Source of the DNA: a virus
Taxonomy: Duplodnaviria > Heunggongvirae > Uroviricota > Caudoviricetes
Strand: one strand, 5' to 3'
Length of the DNA: 64,000 nt
Virus record (IMG/VR): IMGVR_UViG_3300033076_000972
Location: 43,329-107,328 of that record
The translations under genes and the position numbers were made by a program. This document shows, piece after piece, positions 29,994 through 39,076 of this stretch. How positions within the stretch are numbered: the first letter of the stretch is position 1; the number at the start of each line of letters is the position of its first letter. Below the pieces are notes generated by a model, which did not search any database, had not been told where the DNA came from, and saw only the letters and a program-made list of their open reading frames with translations.

Positions 29994-31325
29994 TTACTTG
30001 GTTGGCGGAGTATCTATACCTAAATCGCTTAGGAAACTTAGGTCAATATCATCGTCATCATCGTCTTTTGACGGATAACCCATAGTATCGTCATCATCAT
30101 CTTCCTCATAGTTTGAACTACCCAAAATTTCTTCCAAATCTTGTTTATTAAGTTCATCAATGATTTGGTCGGCAATACGTTCCATTTCAGTATACGCAGT
30201 TGCATCACCTTTATTAACTCTTTGTGCTAAAGATGTGAATTTGTTTTTTGGTAATTTAGAAAATTCTCTAAAAATTAAACTCTGAACAATTTTCATGTTA
30301 TCTTCTAAAACTTTTGCAGGATATGATTCTAACAATTTTTCCCATAAATAAGTTCCTGTGATGATATCAAAAATTTCATTTACTAATGTATCTGCGGTTT
30401 GTTTAACCATTTGAGCCTGAATTGGGTCAGTAGGTAAAGAAGCGGCTCCTAATATATCGTAATAACCTTTAATTAATTCATGAACTAAGATTGGAAACAT
30501 AACCGCCTTTGCTTTAACAACAAAGTTACCTGTATATTCACCATCCTCATCTTGCTCCATTTCAATCTCTTCAGAACCACCCATATTTTGTCCTGATGCA
30601 GCCATTTGTTGAACCATTTGTGGTGGTAATAACCAATACAAATAATCATTCATAGCCATCAAAGCTCCATATTTGTCAGTAATACCAGGTTCCATCTCTT
30701 CTAACCCATCTCTAATTAATTCAAACATAAAATGACCTTTTTTAGCTGCTCCTTGAATAATTGCGTTCATAAATCTACGTTTAGCAACCATGTAATCGAA
30801 GTTTTCAAACGCATCTACAAATTCTTCCAAATCCTCACCAGAATCCTCAAACGCTAATTCAATATCTTCTGATGAAAATTCTTCAGGTTCTGCTTGGAAA
30901 TTTTCATTTCCTGTTTCACCCATCCCAACTAACTTAGGGTCAAATTTAATAAATTCGGCATATTTTGGGTCAACTAACTCTTTAGAAACTAAGTCTTTTG
31001 CCATTTGTTCAAGTTGTTCTTTTCTTGAACTTTCAAATTGCATTACTTCACCAAAAAGTCTCATCATCATCATTTGAAGACCACCCATGTTGTTAGGTAC
31101 ATTCATACCCAAATATCTTTCAAGTTTTGAAACAACATCTCTAAATCTTTTTGAAGCTGCAATCTCCTCAAATGATTGTCTATCACCTTCACCTTTCTTT
31201 GGTATAAAAGGACTGTTTGAAAGTGGCGTTTCACCTCTTTCAATAGCTCTTTTTAAATCAGGGTTCATTCTAAAACCACCTGGCTCATCAATAGGAGCTT
31301 CAAATATATTATTCTTGTTTTTCAT
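29994..31325 (-). CDS. Hypothetical protein with an acidic C-terminus
   Basis: 443-aa ORF ending in EEDDDDDTMGYPSKDDDDDDIDLSFL. Confidence 0.45.
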   Translation of the reverse strand: MKNKNNIFEAPIDEPGGFRMNPDLKRAIERGETPLSNSPFIPKKGEGDRQSFEEIAASKRFRDVVSKLERYLGMNVPNNMGGLQMMMMRLFGEVMQFESSRKEQLEQMAKDLVSKELVDPKYAEFIKFDPKLVGMGETGNENFQAEPEEFSSEDIELAFEDSGEDLEEFVDAFENFDYMVAKRRFMNAIIQGAAKKGHFMFELIRDGLEEMEPGITDKYGALMAMNDYLYWLLPPQMVQQMAASGQNMGGSEEIEMEQDEDGEYTGNFVVKAKAVMFPILVHELIKGYYDILGAASLPTDPIQAQMVKQTADTLVNEIFDIITGTYLWEKLLESYPAKVLEDNMKIVQSLIFREFSKLPKNKFTSLAQRVNKGDATAYTEMERIADQIIDELNKQDLEEILGSSNYEEDDDDDTMGYPSKDDDDDDIDLSFLSDLGIDTPPTK

Positions 31326-32278
31326 TATTTTAATGTATACCCCATAGAGGTGAATGTGTTATAGCTTAACCATTTTGGTCCCTTAGCCTTTGGATTTGGT
31401 TTTTGTGCTGGTTCTATTTTAAATGGATTTTTCTTACCAGGTGCTTTACTTGGTGTTTTTGTTGGAGTTTTAACAGGTGCTTTTGTTGGTGCAGGTGCTC
31501 CAACTCCCGCTTCAGTCATTTCAGCCTTTGGATTTGGTTTTTGAGCCGGCTCAATTTTAAATGGATTTTTCTTACCGGGTTTTACTTTTTCACCTGGTTT
31601 AACAGTAGGAACCTTTGTTGGTGCCGGAGCCGATTTTGTTGAACCTTCTAACATTTCCATCAATTTTGATTTAGTTATATGTTCAGGTATATGCTTTTCA
31701 ACTAACTTTGTCAAGCTCTCCTCTAATTCTTTAACGTCTTTCTTCTTTTTTTCAGGTAATTTACTAAAATCAGTATCGGCAGAAAACTCTTTAGCCCATT
31801 TACACCATTTTTTCTTGGCCTTTTCAGTTCTTGAATTTTCACATTTTGCCCAAAACAATTTTTGTTGTGCTTTTGATTGGAATTTTTCAGTCACTTCCAT
31901 TTCTTTCATCATACTTCTATCATTTCCACTGTCATCATCCATTCCATCATTTGGCATATCATTCTCATCATCAGGTGATAATTGACCTGTTACTTTTGTT
32001 GTGTAGTATTCTTCTTCAGAATCATCTCCTTCGTTTTGTACTGTAATTCCACCATCAGGATTAGGTATAATAGCTTTACCACCAGGAATTGGCATTCCTT
32101 TTTGTCTCATCGCTGAAATTTCAGAACCTGTATATGTTGTTGATGTGGTTGTTTTTGTTTGTGCCTCAACCAATCTTGTATATAATAAACCAATCTGAGA
32201 TTCATTCAAACCTCTTAAGGTATTATAAGTAAAACCATTACTTATTAATTTTTCTATTTTTGAGCCAATGTTAGACAT
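31325..32278 (-). CDS. Hypothetical protein carrying an internal 18-aa duplication
   Basis: GKKNPFKIEPAQKPNPKA occurs twice, from a direct DNA repeat of about 58 nt. Confidence 0.45.
   Translation of the reverse strand: MSNIGSKIEKLISNGFTYNTLRGLNESQIGLLYTRLVEAQTKTTTSTTYTGSEISAMRQKGMPIPGGKAIIPNPDGGITVQNEGDDSEEEYYTTKVTGQLSPDDENDMPNDGMDDDSGNDRSMMKEMEVTEKFQSKAQQKLFWAKCENSRTEKAKKKWCKWAKEFSADTDFSKLPEKKKKDVKELEESLTKLVEKHIPEHITKSKLMEMLEGSTKSAPAPTKVPTVKPGEKVKPGKKNPFKIEPAQKPNPKAEMTEAGVGAPAPTKAPVKTPTKTPSKAPGKKNPFKIEPAQKPNPKAKGPKWLSYNTFTSMGYTLK
31385..31580. repeat. Two copies of a ~58-nt direct repeat separated by ~80 nt
   Basis: AGCCTTTGGATTTGGTTTTTG…AAATGGATTTTTCTTACC occurs twice. Confidence 0.75.
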
Positions 32279-32675
32279 GTGTTAAATTCTTTTCAAATGT
32301 TAATATTATATCCCTTTCATATAGTTTTGACATAACATCTTCTTCACTATCACCATAATGAAAAACTAATCTTGTATCGTCTTCATTATAGTATTCATGT
32401 TCGATGTCCTCCCACGACAATGCGATAACTTTATCAACAGCATCATAGAAAGAAAAAAAGTCAGAGTTCTGAATAACGTTAAGTTTTATTTTATCGTTTT
32501 TTAGAACTCCAACTTTAGTTATATAATCTATATGAGGGGGTTGTGGATTTCCACCAGCTGGCGTTGATTCCCAATCCTCACCACTTACGTCTTCGTTGTT
32601 TGAGAATATAAACTCATAAAGGTTGTCACCTTTAAAGTTCGGACCTAACTCATTTACGAAAACTAAACGGTTCAT
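32271..32675 (-). CDS. Hypothetical protein
   Basis: ORF. Confidence 0.45.
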   Translation of the reverse strand: MNRLVFVNELGPNFKGDNLYEFIFSNNEDVSGEDWESTPAGGNPQPPHIDYITKVGVLKNDKIKLNVIQNSDFFSFYDAVDKVIALSWEDIEHEYYNEDDTRLVFHYGDSEEDVMSKLYERDIILTFEKNLTHV

Positions 32676-33907
32676 AGAATCTCACCTTTTGGAGAAACCT
32701 TGATTTGTTTTCCCTCGTTTTCAAATACTAAGTTTTTCAAGTTAGTTTTACCAATGAATTTAGCGTTTTCATTTTCTCTTAAGATAAATTCAGATGTTAA
32801 TTCTTGTTCAATAGTTTCTGAAAGATTTTTAACTTCATCCATAACACTAACTTTGTTTATTTTTTTCTTAATATAAGTTTGTACTTTTTTTGATTCGTTA
32901 AGTTCCTTTTCTTCAGGTGTCTCAACAAAATATTTAGATAAAATTTTGTCAACTTTAGATTCAGTAAAAATACCATCCATAATTGCATTTATTTTACCCA
33001 TGTGTCTGTCTTCACCTACTTCAGGTTCAGCAGTAATTTCACCACCCATATCTAAATCAGAAGTGTCAGGTTCAGTCGGTTCCATACCAATCTCGTCATA
33101 ATTAGAACCTTCTTCACCCCCTTCCTCACTTTCGAATCTTGATAAGATATCTTCCTTATCAGTTTCGTCTAACAAATTCAAATCTACGGCAGATAAGATT
33201 GAATTTAAGACATATTTTACATCTTCAGATGTCATTTCTTGTTCAGATGCATAAGCTCTTAATTTTTGACCTAATTTACCTGTCAATTTTTGAACTTGTT
33301 TTAATGTAACAGGTCCTTCATCACCTTCACCACCCATTGGTTCATCCATTGATGGTTCGTCCATTGCTGGTTCGTCCATTGATGGTTCATCCATTGATGG
33401 TTCGTCCATACCCATATCATCACTTGGTGGTTCAGGAGCAACATCATCACCCACAGGTGCTGGTGCTGGTTCAGGAGCCGGTGCAGGTGCAACAGGTGCT
33501 GGTGCCTCAGGAGCAGGTGCTGAAGATTTTGGTGTTTTCAAAACAAACTTTTTTTGTTCACCAAATAATTCAGTACCTTGTTCATTCTCAGTCAATCTAT
33601 TTAGTTCACCCGCAATTAAATTTAATTTCTTTAATGCTTGTGAATAAGATGAATGATATTTTCTATTTTTCATTGGGTCAATGTAATCCAAAGTAGATTC
33701 ATCAATACCTTTTTTAATGATGTATCCATTTCTTTCTTTAACAATACCATACACATTACCATCAGCAAGTATTCTAGTATAATCAGTTGTTTCATTTACA
33801 TTGATTTCTTGTTTAGGTGCTTCACCGTATCTTGCAATTTCCATTATTCTTGCAATTTTATCGGCTCCTTGAAGTTTTTCACTACCTATTGGTTTTAAAT
33901 CTGCCAT
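32672..33907 (-). CDS. Hypothetical protein with Pro/Ala-rich and (M/S)DEP(S/A) pentapeptide repeats
   Basis: PAPEAPAPVAPAPAPEPAPAPV, and DEPSMDEPSMDEPAMDEPSMDEP from 15-nt tandem repeats. Confidence 0.45.
   Translation of the reverse strand: MADLKPIGSEKLQGADKIARIMEIARYGEAPKQEINVNETTDYTRILADGNVYGIVKERNGYIIKKGIDESTLDYIDPMKNRKYHSSYSQALKKLNLIAGELNRLTENEQGTELFGEQKKFVLKTPKSSAPAPEAPAPVAPAPAPEPAPAPVGDDVAPEPPSDDMGMDEPSMDEPSMDEPAMDEPSMDEPMGGEGDEGPVTLKQVQKLTGKLGQKLRAYASEQEMTSEDVKYVLNSILSAVDLNLLDETDKEDILSRFESEEGGEEGSNYDEIGMEPTEPDTSDLDMGGEITAEPEVGEDRHMGKINAIMDGIFTESKVDKILSKYFVETPEEKELNESKKVQTYIKKKINKVSVMDEVKNLSETIEQELTSEFILRENENAKFIGKTNLKNLVFENEGKQIKVSPKGEIL
33340..33412. repeat. 15-nt tandem repeat (GGTTCRTCCATTGMT x ~5), in-frame within the Pro/Ala-rich protein
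   Basis: Seen directly in the sequence. Confidence 0.8.
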
Positions 33908-33933
33908 TTTATATATTTTTTAAGTTTTATCTT

Positions 33934-34434
33934 TTATGAGTTTAGTCCTCCAAATCCACCTAATTCTACCGCTCCTCCTTGTGGTGCAATTCCTCTTTGA
34001 TTTCCCATAAACATAGGGTTATTTGTGTTGAAAGTTACAACACTTCCATCCGTACTTCCTGTGCCTGGTACATAACCAACAATAGGTTGATTATAAATGT
34101 TTACAGGTGCAGTTCTTGGATAGTTTGAAGGTGTAGGAGTAATAGTAGGTGTTATTGTTGGTGTAACCGTAACAGTTGCAGTTGGAGTTATTGTTGGTGT
34201 TTGAGTTACTGTTGGTGTAACTGTTTTGGTTGGCGTAAGAGTTGGTGTAACAGTTCTAGTTGGTGTAATACTTGGTGTTACACTAATTGTAGGAGTTACA
34301 GTTGGTGTTGGTGTTTTTGTTGCGGTAACACTTGGGGTTGGCGTTTTTGTTGGCGTAATACTTGGTGTTACGGTAATTGTTGGGGTTACCGTAGGTGTTG
34401 GTGTAGGAGTAGGTGTCGGTGTTTCGGTCGCCAT
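33934..34434 (-). CDS. Pro/Thr-repeat (mucin-like linker) protein
   Basis: About 115 residues of (T/V/I/S)P T repeats, then a C-terminal folded region of about 50 aa. Confidence 0.45.
   Translation of the reverse strand: MATETPTPTPTPTPTVTPTITVTPSITPTKTPTPSVTATKTPTPTVTPTISVTPSITPTRTVTPTLTPTKTVTPTVTQTPTITPTATVTVTPTITPTITPTPSNYPRTAPVNIYNQPIVGYVPGTGSTDGSVVTFNTNNPMFMGNQRGIAPQGGAVELGGFGGLNS
34140..34420. repeat. Degenerate 6-9-nt Pro/Thr codon repeats (GGTGTn / GTTGGn)
   Basis: Seen directly. Encodes TPTxTPT on the - strand. Confidence 0.7.
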
Positions 34435-34465
34435 GATAATTTTTCTTTATAAATATGTTATTATA

Positions 34466-35221
34466 TCAAAATAATTCATCTTCCTCTAAAGAAAGACGTT
34501 TATCCATTAGTTCATTTTCAAAATCAAATAATTTTTGAAGGTATCCATTTCTTCTTAAAACTTTAAATGTTAAATTTTCATACGAATATTCACCTTCTTT
34601 TTCTAACCCACTTGTTCTATATTTTTTAATCTTATCTTTGACTTTTTTAATCATTTCTTTGGCATCATCCAATTCTTCATCTTCAGCATTATTGATTACA
34701 GTATCAATAACATCTTGCATTTGACCTACTTTTTGAATCAAAATATCTTTATCAATATGAACGTCTTCTTCTTTTTTTGGAACGGTTTCCCATTCATCGT
34801 TCATAACTGAATAAACTCCTGATGAAAAATGAGCCTCGTTTGAATCTTGAATATATAACTCAACTTCAAATCCTCTAATTGTAATATTGTGTGAAGAATT
34901 AAATAAGGTTTTTTTTAATTTGAATAATTCAGAGTATAAATCTTTTTGTTCACCAAAATCTTCAAAATTTACAATAATATGTAAATCAACATCTGAATAT
35001 TCTGACCAATTGTAATTACATAGTGAACCCGTCATGATGATATCTTGAACAAACATATCAACATTAACAAATTTGATAAATTCTTCCGCAATTTCTTGTA
35101 GTTGGTCTCTAATCTCCAACTTCATGTGTGATTCAGGCGCATTGTCAGGATTTACCCATATCTCAGGGTTTAATTCTTCCTGTACACCAAAACTGGTGAT
35201 GATTTTTTCCAAGTCTTTCAC
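34466..35221 (-). CDS. Nucleotidyltransferase-fold protein (Pol-beta superfamily)
   Basis: MTGSLCNYNWSEYSDVDLHIIV matches the minimal nucleotidyltransferase signature hG-S-x9-13-D-h-D/E. Confidence 0.4.
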   Translation of the reverse strand: MKDLEKIITSFGVQEELNPEIWVNPDNAPESHMKLEIRDQLQEIAEEFIKFVNVDMFVQDIIMTGSLCNYNWSEYSDVDLHIIVNFEDFGEQKDLYSELFKLKKTLFNSSHNITIRGFEVELYIQDSNEAHFSSGVYSVMNDEWETVPKKEEDVHIDKDILIQKVGQMQDVIDTVINNAEDEELDDAKEMIKKVKDKIKKYRTSGLEKEGEYSYENLTFKVLRRNGYLQKLFDFENELMDKRLSLEEDELF

Positions 35222-35241
35222 ATTAATAAATACAAAGAATA

Positions 35242-35484
35242 TTACAATTTTTTGTATTTATAATTTTTACTGATTTCAGTGGTGAAAAATTTACCTTGAG
35301 ATTCGGTTAATCTGAATTGTGCGTAAACTTTGTGAGGTACATTTTCATACTCATACTTGGTACCATTTTTAAATGTAACAACCATTTTTTCGGTTGACAT
35401 ATCGTATTGTGATTCTGTGATGTTTGATGATTCAATTACATTGTAAATCATCATTCCTTTGATTTCTTCTTTTAAAATTGCCAT
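35242..35484 (-). CDS. Small hypothetical protein
   Basis: 80-aa ORF. Confidence 0.4.
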   Translation of the reverse strand: MAILKEEIKGMMIYNVIESSNITESQYDMSTEKMVVTFKNGTKYEYENVPHKVYAQFRLTESQGKFFTTEISKNYKYKKL

Positions 35485-35496
35485 ATTAATAAATAC

Positions 35497-35529
35497 AAAA
35501 AAACCCCTACTTTGTGTAGGGGTTTTTAT
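35497..35529. terminator. Bidirectional intrinsic terminator
   Basis: AAAAAAACCCCTACTTTGTGTAGGGGTTTTTATTT. Confidence 0.7.
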
Positions 35530-35988
35530 TTAGGATTTTATTTTATTTATTTTATCCCTTAATTTTATCGACTCTTCAAAATTTTGTTCTTTAATTGATT
35601 TGTCAAGTTGTGATTGTAATTCAGCAATCTTATCTCTATTAGATTCAATCTTTTGAATTTTATCTCTCAATTCACAAGCCTTTTCAAATTCCTGTGTCTC
35701 AATCGCATTTTCTAATTCTCGTCTTAATGAAGTTAATTCATTACTTTCTTTAGGTGATTTTGTTTTTGGTCCACCATAAGATGTTGTAGTAATAACGTAC
35801 CTAAACATTCCGTTTGGTGATGTGTACGTTTCTGTTTTCCATTCACCATTTTCATCTGAACCTTCTTTAATTTCAGATTTTTCATGTGAGATTGATGAAA
35901 ACTCTCGGTCTACTGAACCCAACATTTCATCCAATTCATCCATCATTTCTTTTAAACTTTTTCTGTTTCTTCCAAATAAATCAAACAT
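35530..35988 (-). CDS. Protein with two UVR motifs (UvrB/UvrC-type; also found in the ClpC M-domain)
   Basis: EFEKACELRDKIQKIE and a second EESIKLRDKINKI coiled-coil UVR-like motif. The gene is transcribed divergently from the Clp ATPase gene. Confidence 0.45.
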   Translation of the reverse strand: MFDLFGRNRKSLKEMMDELDEMLGSVDREFSSISHEKSEIKEGSDENGEWKTETYTSPNGMFRYVITTTSYGGPKTKSPKESNELTSLRRELENAIETQEFEKACELRDKIQKIESNRDKIAELQSQLDKSIKEQNFEESIKLRDKINKIKS

Positions 35989-36132
35989 ATTTTTTTTTCT
36001 TATTTTTTTAGTTTATCTTTGTAATTCCAATTATACAAAATTATGCCAAATAAACAATACTGACTTTTTGTCATATCAGTATGACATTTTGACATTATTG
36101 ATAAATTAGAATAAAAACTTATACTTTAACAT

Positions 36133-38217
36133 ATGATTGAATCACAAGACCAAAACGAAAAAATGGGTGGAAACCGAAAAGGTAAAACAGATACTATTAA
36201 CTCTAAAACACCGGTTTTAGATAATTTTTCTCGTGACCTTATTAAGTTAGCCAAAGAAGGTAAACTTGACCCTGTAATCGGTAGAGAGCATGAGATTGAA
36301 AGGTTGGCTCAAATTATATCAAGAAGAAAGAAAAACAACCCTATTCTTATAGGTGAACCTGGTTGTGGTAAAACCGCAATTGTTGAAGGTTTAGCAATGA
36401 AGATTTTTCAAGGGGATTGTCCACAAAATTTAATAGATAAACGAATTGTAAGTTTAGATATGACTTCTATTGTTGCTGGTACAAAATATCGTGGACAGTT
36501 TGAAGAACGTATTAAAGTTATTTTGGATGAATTAAGTGATAACCATGATGTTGTTGTGTTTATTGATGAAATACACACCATTATTGGTGCTGGTAATTCA
36601 TCAGGTTCATTAGACGCATCAAATATCTTCAAACCAGCTCTTGCACGTGGAGAACTCCAATGTATTGGTGCCACCACATTAGATGAATACCGTGAACATA
36701 TTGAAAAAGATGGTGCGTTAGAACGTCGTTTCCAAAAAGTTCACGTTGACCCAACATCAATTGAGGATACAATTAAGATTATGTACCGTGCTAAAGAAAA
36801 TTATGAAAAACATCATAAGGTTCATTTTAGTGATGAGGTAATCAAAACTTGTGTTATCTTGGCAGACCGTTATATTACTGACCGTGAGTTTCCAGATAAA
36901 GCAATTGACATTATGGATGAAGTTGGCGCAAGATGTCAAATCAATGTAACAGTTCCTGAAATTATTGAAAAACTTAAAGAAGAAGCGAACCAAATAAAAG
37001 AACGTAAAGTTGAAGTAGTTAGAAGTCAAAAATATGAAGAGGCTGCCGAACTACGTGATATGGAACGTAAAGTGTTGAGTCGTCTTCAAGAAGAAAAAGA
37101 AAAGTTTGAAAAGGAACGTTTAACCAATAAAAAAGAAGTTAGTGAGGAAATGGTTTATGAAGTTGTTGCTCAAATGACAAAAATTCCAATTTCAAAACTT
37201 TCACAATCTGAATCAGAATCATTGATTAATTTGGAAGAAAATTTAACAATGTCTGTTATTGGTCAAGAAGATGCTGTGTCTAAAATATCAAGAGCAATTC
37301 GTAGAAACCGTGTTGGAATTAAAGACCCAAACAAACCAATTGGTTCATTTATTTTCTTGGGTTCAACAGGTATTGGTAAAACACATTTGGCAAAACAATT
37401 GGCTAAAGAAATTTTTGGTAGTACAGATGCGTTGATTCGTGTTGACATGTCAGAATACCAAGAAAAGTTTACTATGACTAGATTGGTTGGTTCTCCTCCA
37501 GGTTACGTTGGTCACCAAGAAGGTGGACAATTAACTGAACAAGTTAAGAACAAACCTTATTGTGTTATTTTATTTGATGAAATTGAAAAGGCACACAAAG
37601 ATGTATATTCATTGTTACTTCAAGCAATGGATGAAGGTCACTTAACTGACGGACTTGGTAGAAAGATTAATTTCAAAAACACATTGATTATTATGACATC
37701 TAACATTGGCGCCAGAAAAGTTCAAGATTTTGGAACAGGTGTTGGTTTTGGTACTCGTTCTAAAAATGAAAAAGAAAGTGAGATTAAACAAATGATGGTT
37801 GAAGATGAACTTAAGAAATTTTTCCCACCTGAATTTTTAAACCGTGTTGATGATGTTATTTTCTTTAATCCACTTAAAGAAGAAGAAATTAAACAAATTG
37901 TTTCTTTGGAAATTTCAAAACTTACAACACGTTTGAAATCTATGAATTATGATATTGCAATTGGTGAGTCTTTAATCAAACAAATTTCTGATATTGGTTT
38001 TGATGAGAAATTTGGAGCTCGTCCAATCAAAAGAGCAATCCAAAATCAAATCGAAGATTTTATCTCTGATGAAATTTTAAAGAAGAATATTCTTCCTGAC
38101 ACAGTTTATTTCTTGGACTTTGTAGATGACAAGGTCCAAATAAATGAAAAAACATCAGAGTTACCTGATGTTTCAGAAAAACCAAAAAGGGGTAGAACAA
38201 AAAAAGGGGTCAATTAA
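36133..38217 (+). CDS. clpC: ClpC/ClpA-like two-ring AAA+ unfoldase that lacks the Clp_N domain and has a VGF ClpP-docking loop
   Basis: D1 carries GEPGCGKTA and [13 protein letters not shown] motif ([15 protein letters not shown]) sits in the linker. D2 carries [12 protein letters not shown] and [12 protein letters not shown]. The segment [10 protein letters not shown] contains the (I/V)GF tripeptide, and the sensor-2 GARP(I/L)KR is present. Confidence 0.9.
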   Translation: MIESQDQNEKMGGNRKGKTDTINSKTPVLDNFSRDLIKLAKEGKLDPVIGREHEIERLAQIISRRKKNNPILIGEPGCGKTAIVEGLAMKIFQGDCPQNLIDKRIVSLDMTSIVAGTKYRGQFEERIKVILDELSDNHDVVVFIDEIHTIIGAGNSSGSLDASNIFKPALARGELQCIGATTLDEYREHIEKDGALERRFQKVHVDPTSIEDTIKIMYRAKENYEKHHKVHFSDEVIKTCVILADRYITDREFPDKAIDIMDEVGARCQINVTVPEIIEKLKEEANQIKERKVEVVRSQKYEEAAELRDMERKVLSRLQEEKEKFEKERLTNKKEVSEEMVYEVVAQMTKIPISKLSQSESESLINLEENLTMSVIGQEDAVSKISRAIRRNRVGIKDPNKPIGSFIFLGSTGIGKTHLAKQLAKEIFGSTDALIRVDMSEYQEKFTMTRLVGSPPGYVGHQEGGQLTEQVKNKPYCVILFDEIEKAHKDVYSLLLQAMDEGHLTDGLGRKINFKNTLIIMTSNIGARKVQDFGTGVGFGTRSKNEKESEIKQMMVEDELKKFFPPEFLNRVDDVIFFNPLKEEEIKQIVSLEISKLTTRLKSMNYDIAIGESLIKQISDIGFDEKFGARPIKRAIQNQIEDFISDEILKKNILPDTVYFLDFVDDKVQINEKTSELPDVSEKPKRGRTKKGVN

Positions 38218-38230
38218 GACCCCTTTTTTT
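38199..38230. terminator. Bidirectional intrinsic terminator
   Basis: AAAAAAAGGGGTCAATTAAGACCCCTTTTTTT. Confidence 0.7.
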
Positions 38231-39068
38231 AATCCCATAACATCCATCGTTCAGTTTTAGGTTTGTGTTCGTGGAATGTGTTACCCAAACTTTCAATCAT
38301 TTGTTTAACCATTTCAATTGCGTTGAACACATCTTCAATAACAACATACTCATTTGGTGTGTGGTAATTGTAATAACCACAAGATACATTCAAACAAGCA
38401 ATGTTAAATTTTGATGCAATTTGTGAAACGTCGGTGTACGGGTGTTTCATCAATTCATGTTTGTCTCCAAAATGTTCTTGAAGCAAAGGTCCAACCTTTT
38501 CAAAGAAAGGTGAATTACGGTCAAAAAGTTTTACACCCCAACAATATTCAGTTACCATCCAAGATTCGGGAGCATCAAACTGAATGCAGTAACCAACGTT
38601 AGAGAAAAACTCAGGACTTGCTTTTCTTGAACCATGACAACCTGTTTCTTCAGATACGAAGAAAGCGGCTTTAATTACTGGTAGTTGTTCAAGGAGATTC
38701 AAACATGAGTAGACACCACATTTGTCATCACCACCAATTCCTGTTGGGTGACCAGTCACAGCCTGGTAAGCCTTAAAAGAATCTTTTAGTTCCCCATAAA
38801 CATTTGGGAGTTGTTCTTCCTCTACAACCATTTCGGTAATCGAGTGTACGGTGTCCGTATGTGAAATTACACAAGGATAGATATCCGCATCACCTTTAGT
38901 GACATAAACGTTACCAAACTCATCGATTGTGTGGTTGTATCCTTTTTCAGTAAAATACTTGTCAAGATACTCAATCATAAGAGTTTCTTGATAAGTTTTA
39001 GTCGGAATAGAAAGGACTTCTTTTAGGTGTTGTATTTTTTCTGGTGTCATTTGACCACAAAGATACAA
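38229..39068 (-). CDS. M20/M28-like zinc metallopeptidase (short form)
   Basis: Metal-ligand motifs are ISHTDTVH (H-x-D), GIGGDDKCG (G-x-x-D-D-K-G) and SEETGCHGS (EE-G). Confidence 0.5.
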   Translation of the reverse strand: MYLCGQMTPEKIQHLKEVLSIPTKTYQETLMIEYLDKYFTEKGYNHTIDEFGNVYVTKGDADIYPCVISHTDTVHSITEMVVEEEQLPNVYGELKDSFKAYQAVTGHPTGIGGDDKCGVYSCLNLLEQLPVIKAAFFVSEETGCHGSRKASPEFFSNVGYCIQFDAPESWMVTEYCWGVKLFDRNSPFFEKVGPLLQEHFGDKHELMKHPYTDVSQIASKFNIACLNVSCGYYNYHTPNEYVVIEDVFNAIEMVKQMIESLGNTFHEHKPKTERWMLWD

Positions 39069-39076
39069 AAAATATT

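Noticed and set aside
33301-34474. + strand ORFs (His/Gln/Val-rich, Trp/Cys-rich, and a Val/Gly repeat) overlapping the repeat-protein genes
   Set aside because: They are the antisense reading of the Pro/Thr and Pro/Ala codon repeats. Nothing supports them as genes.
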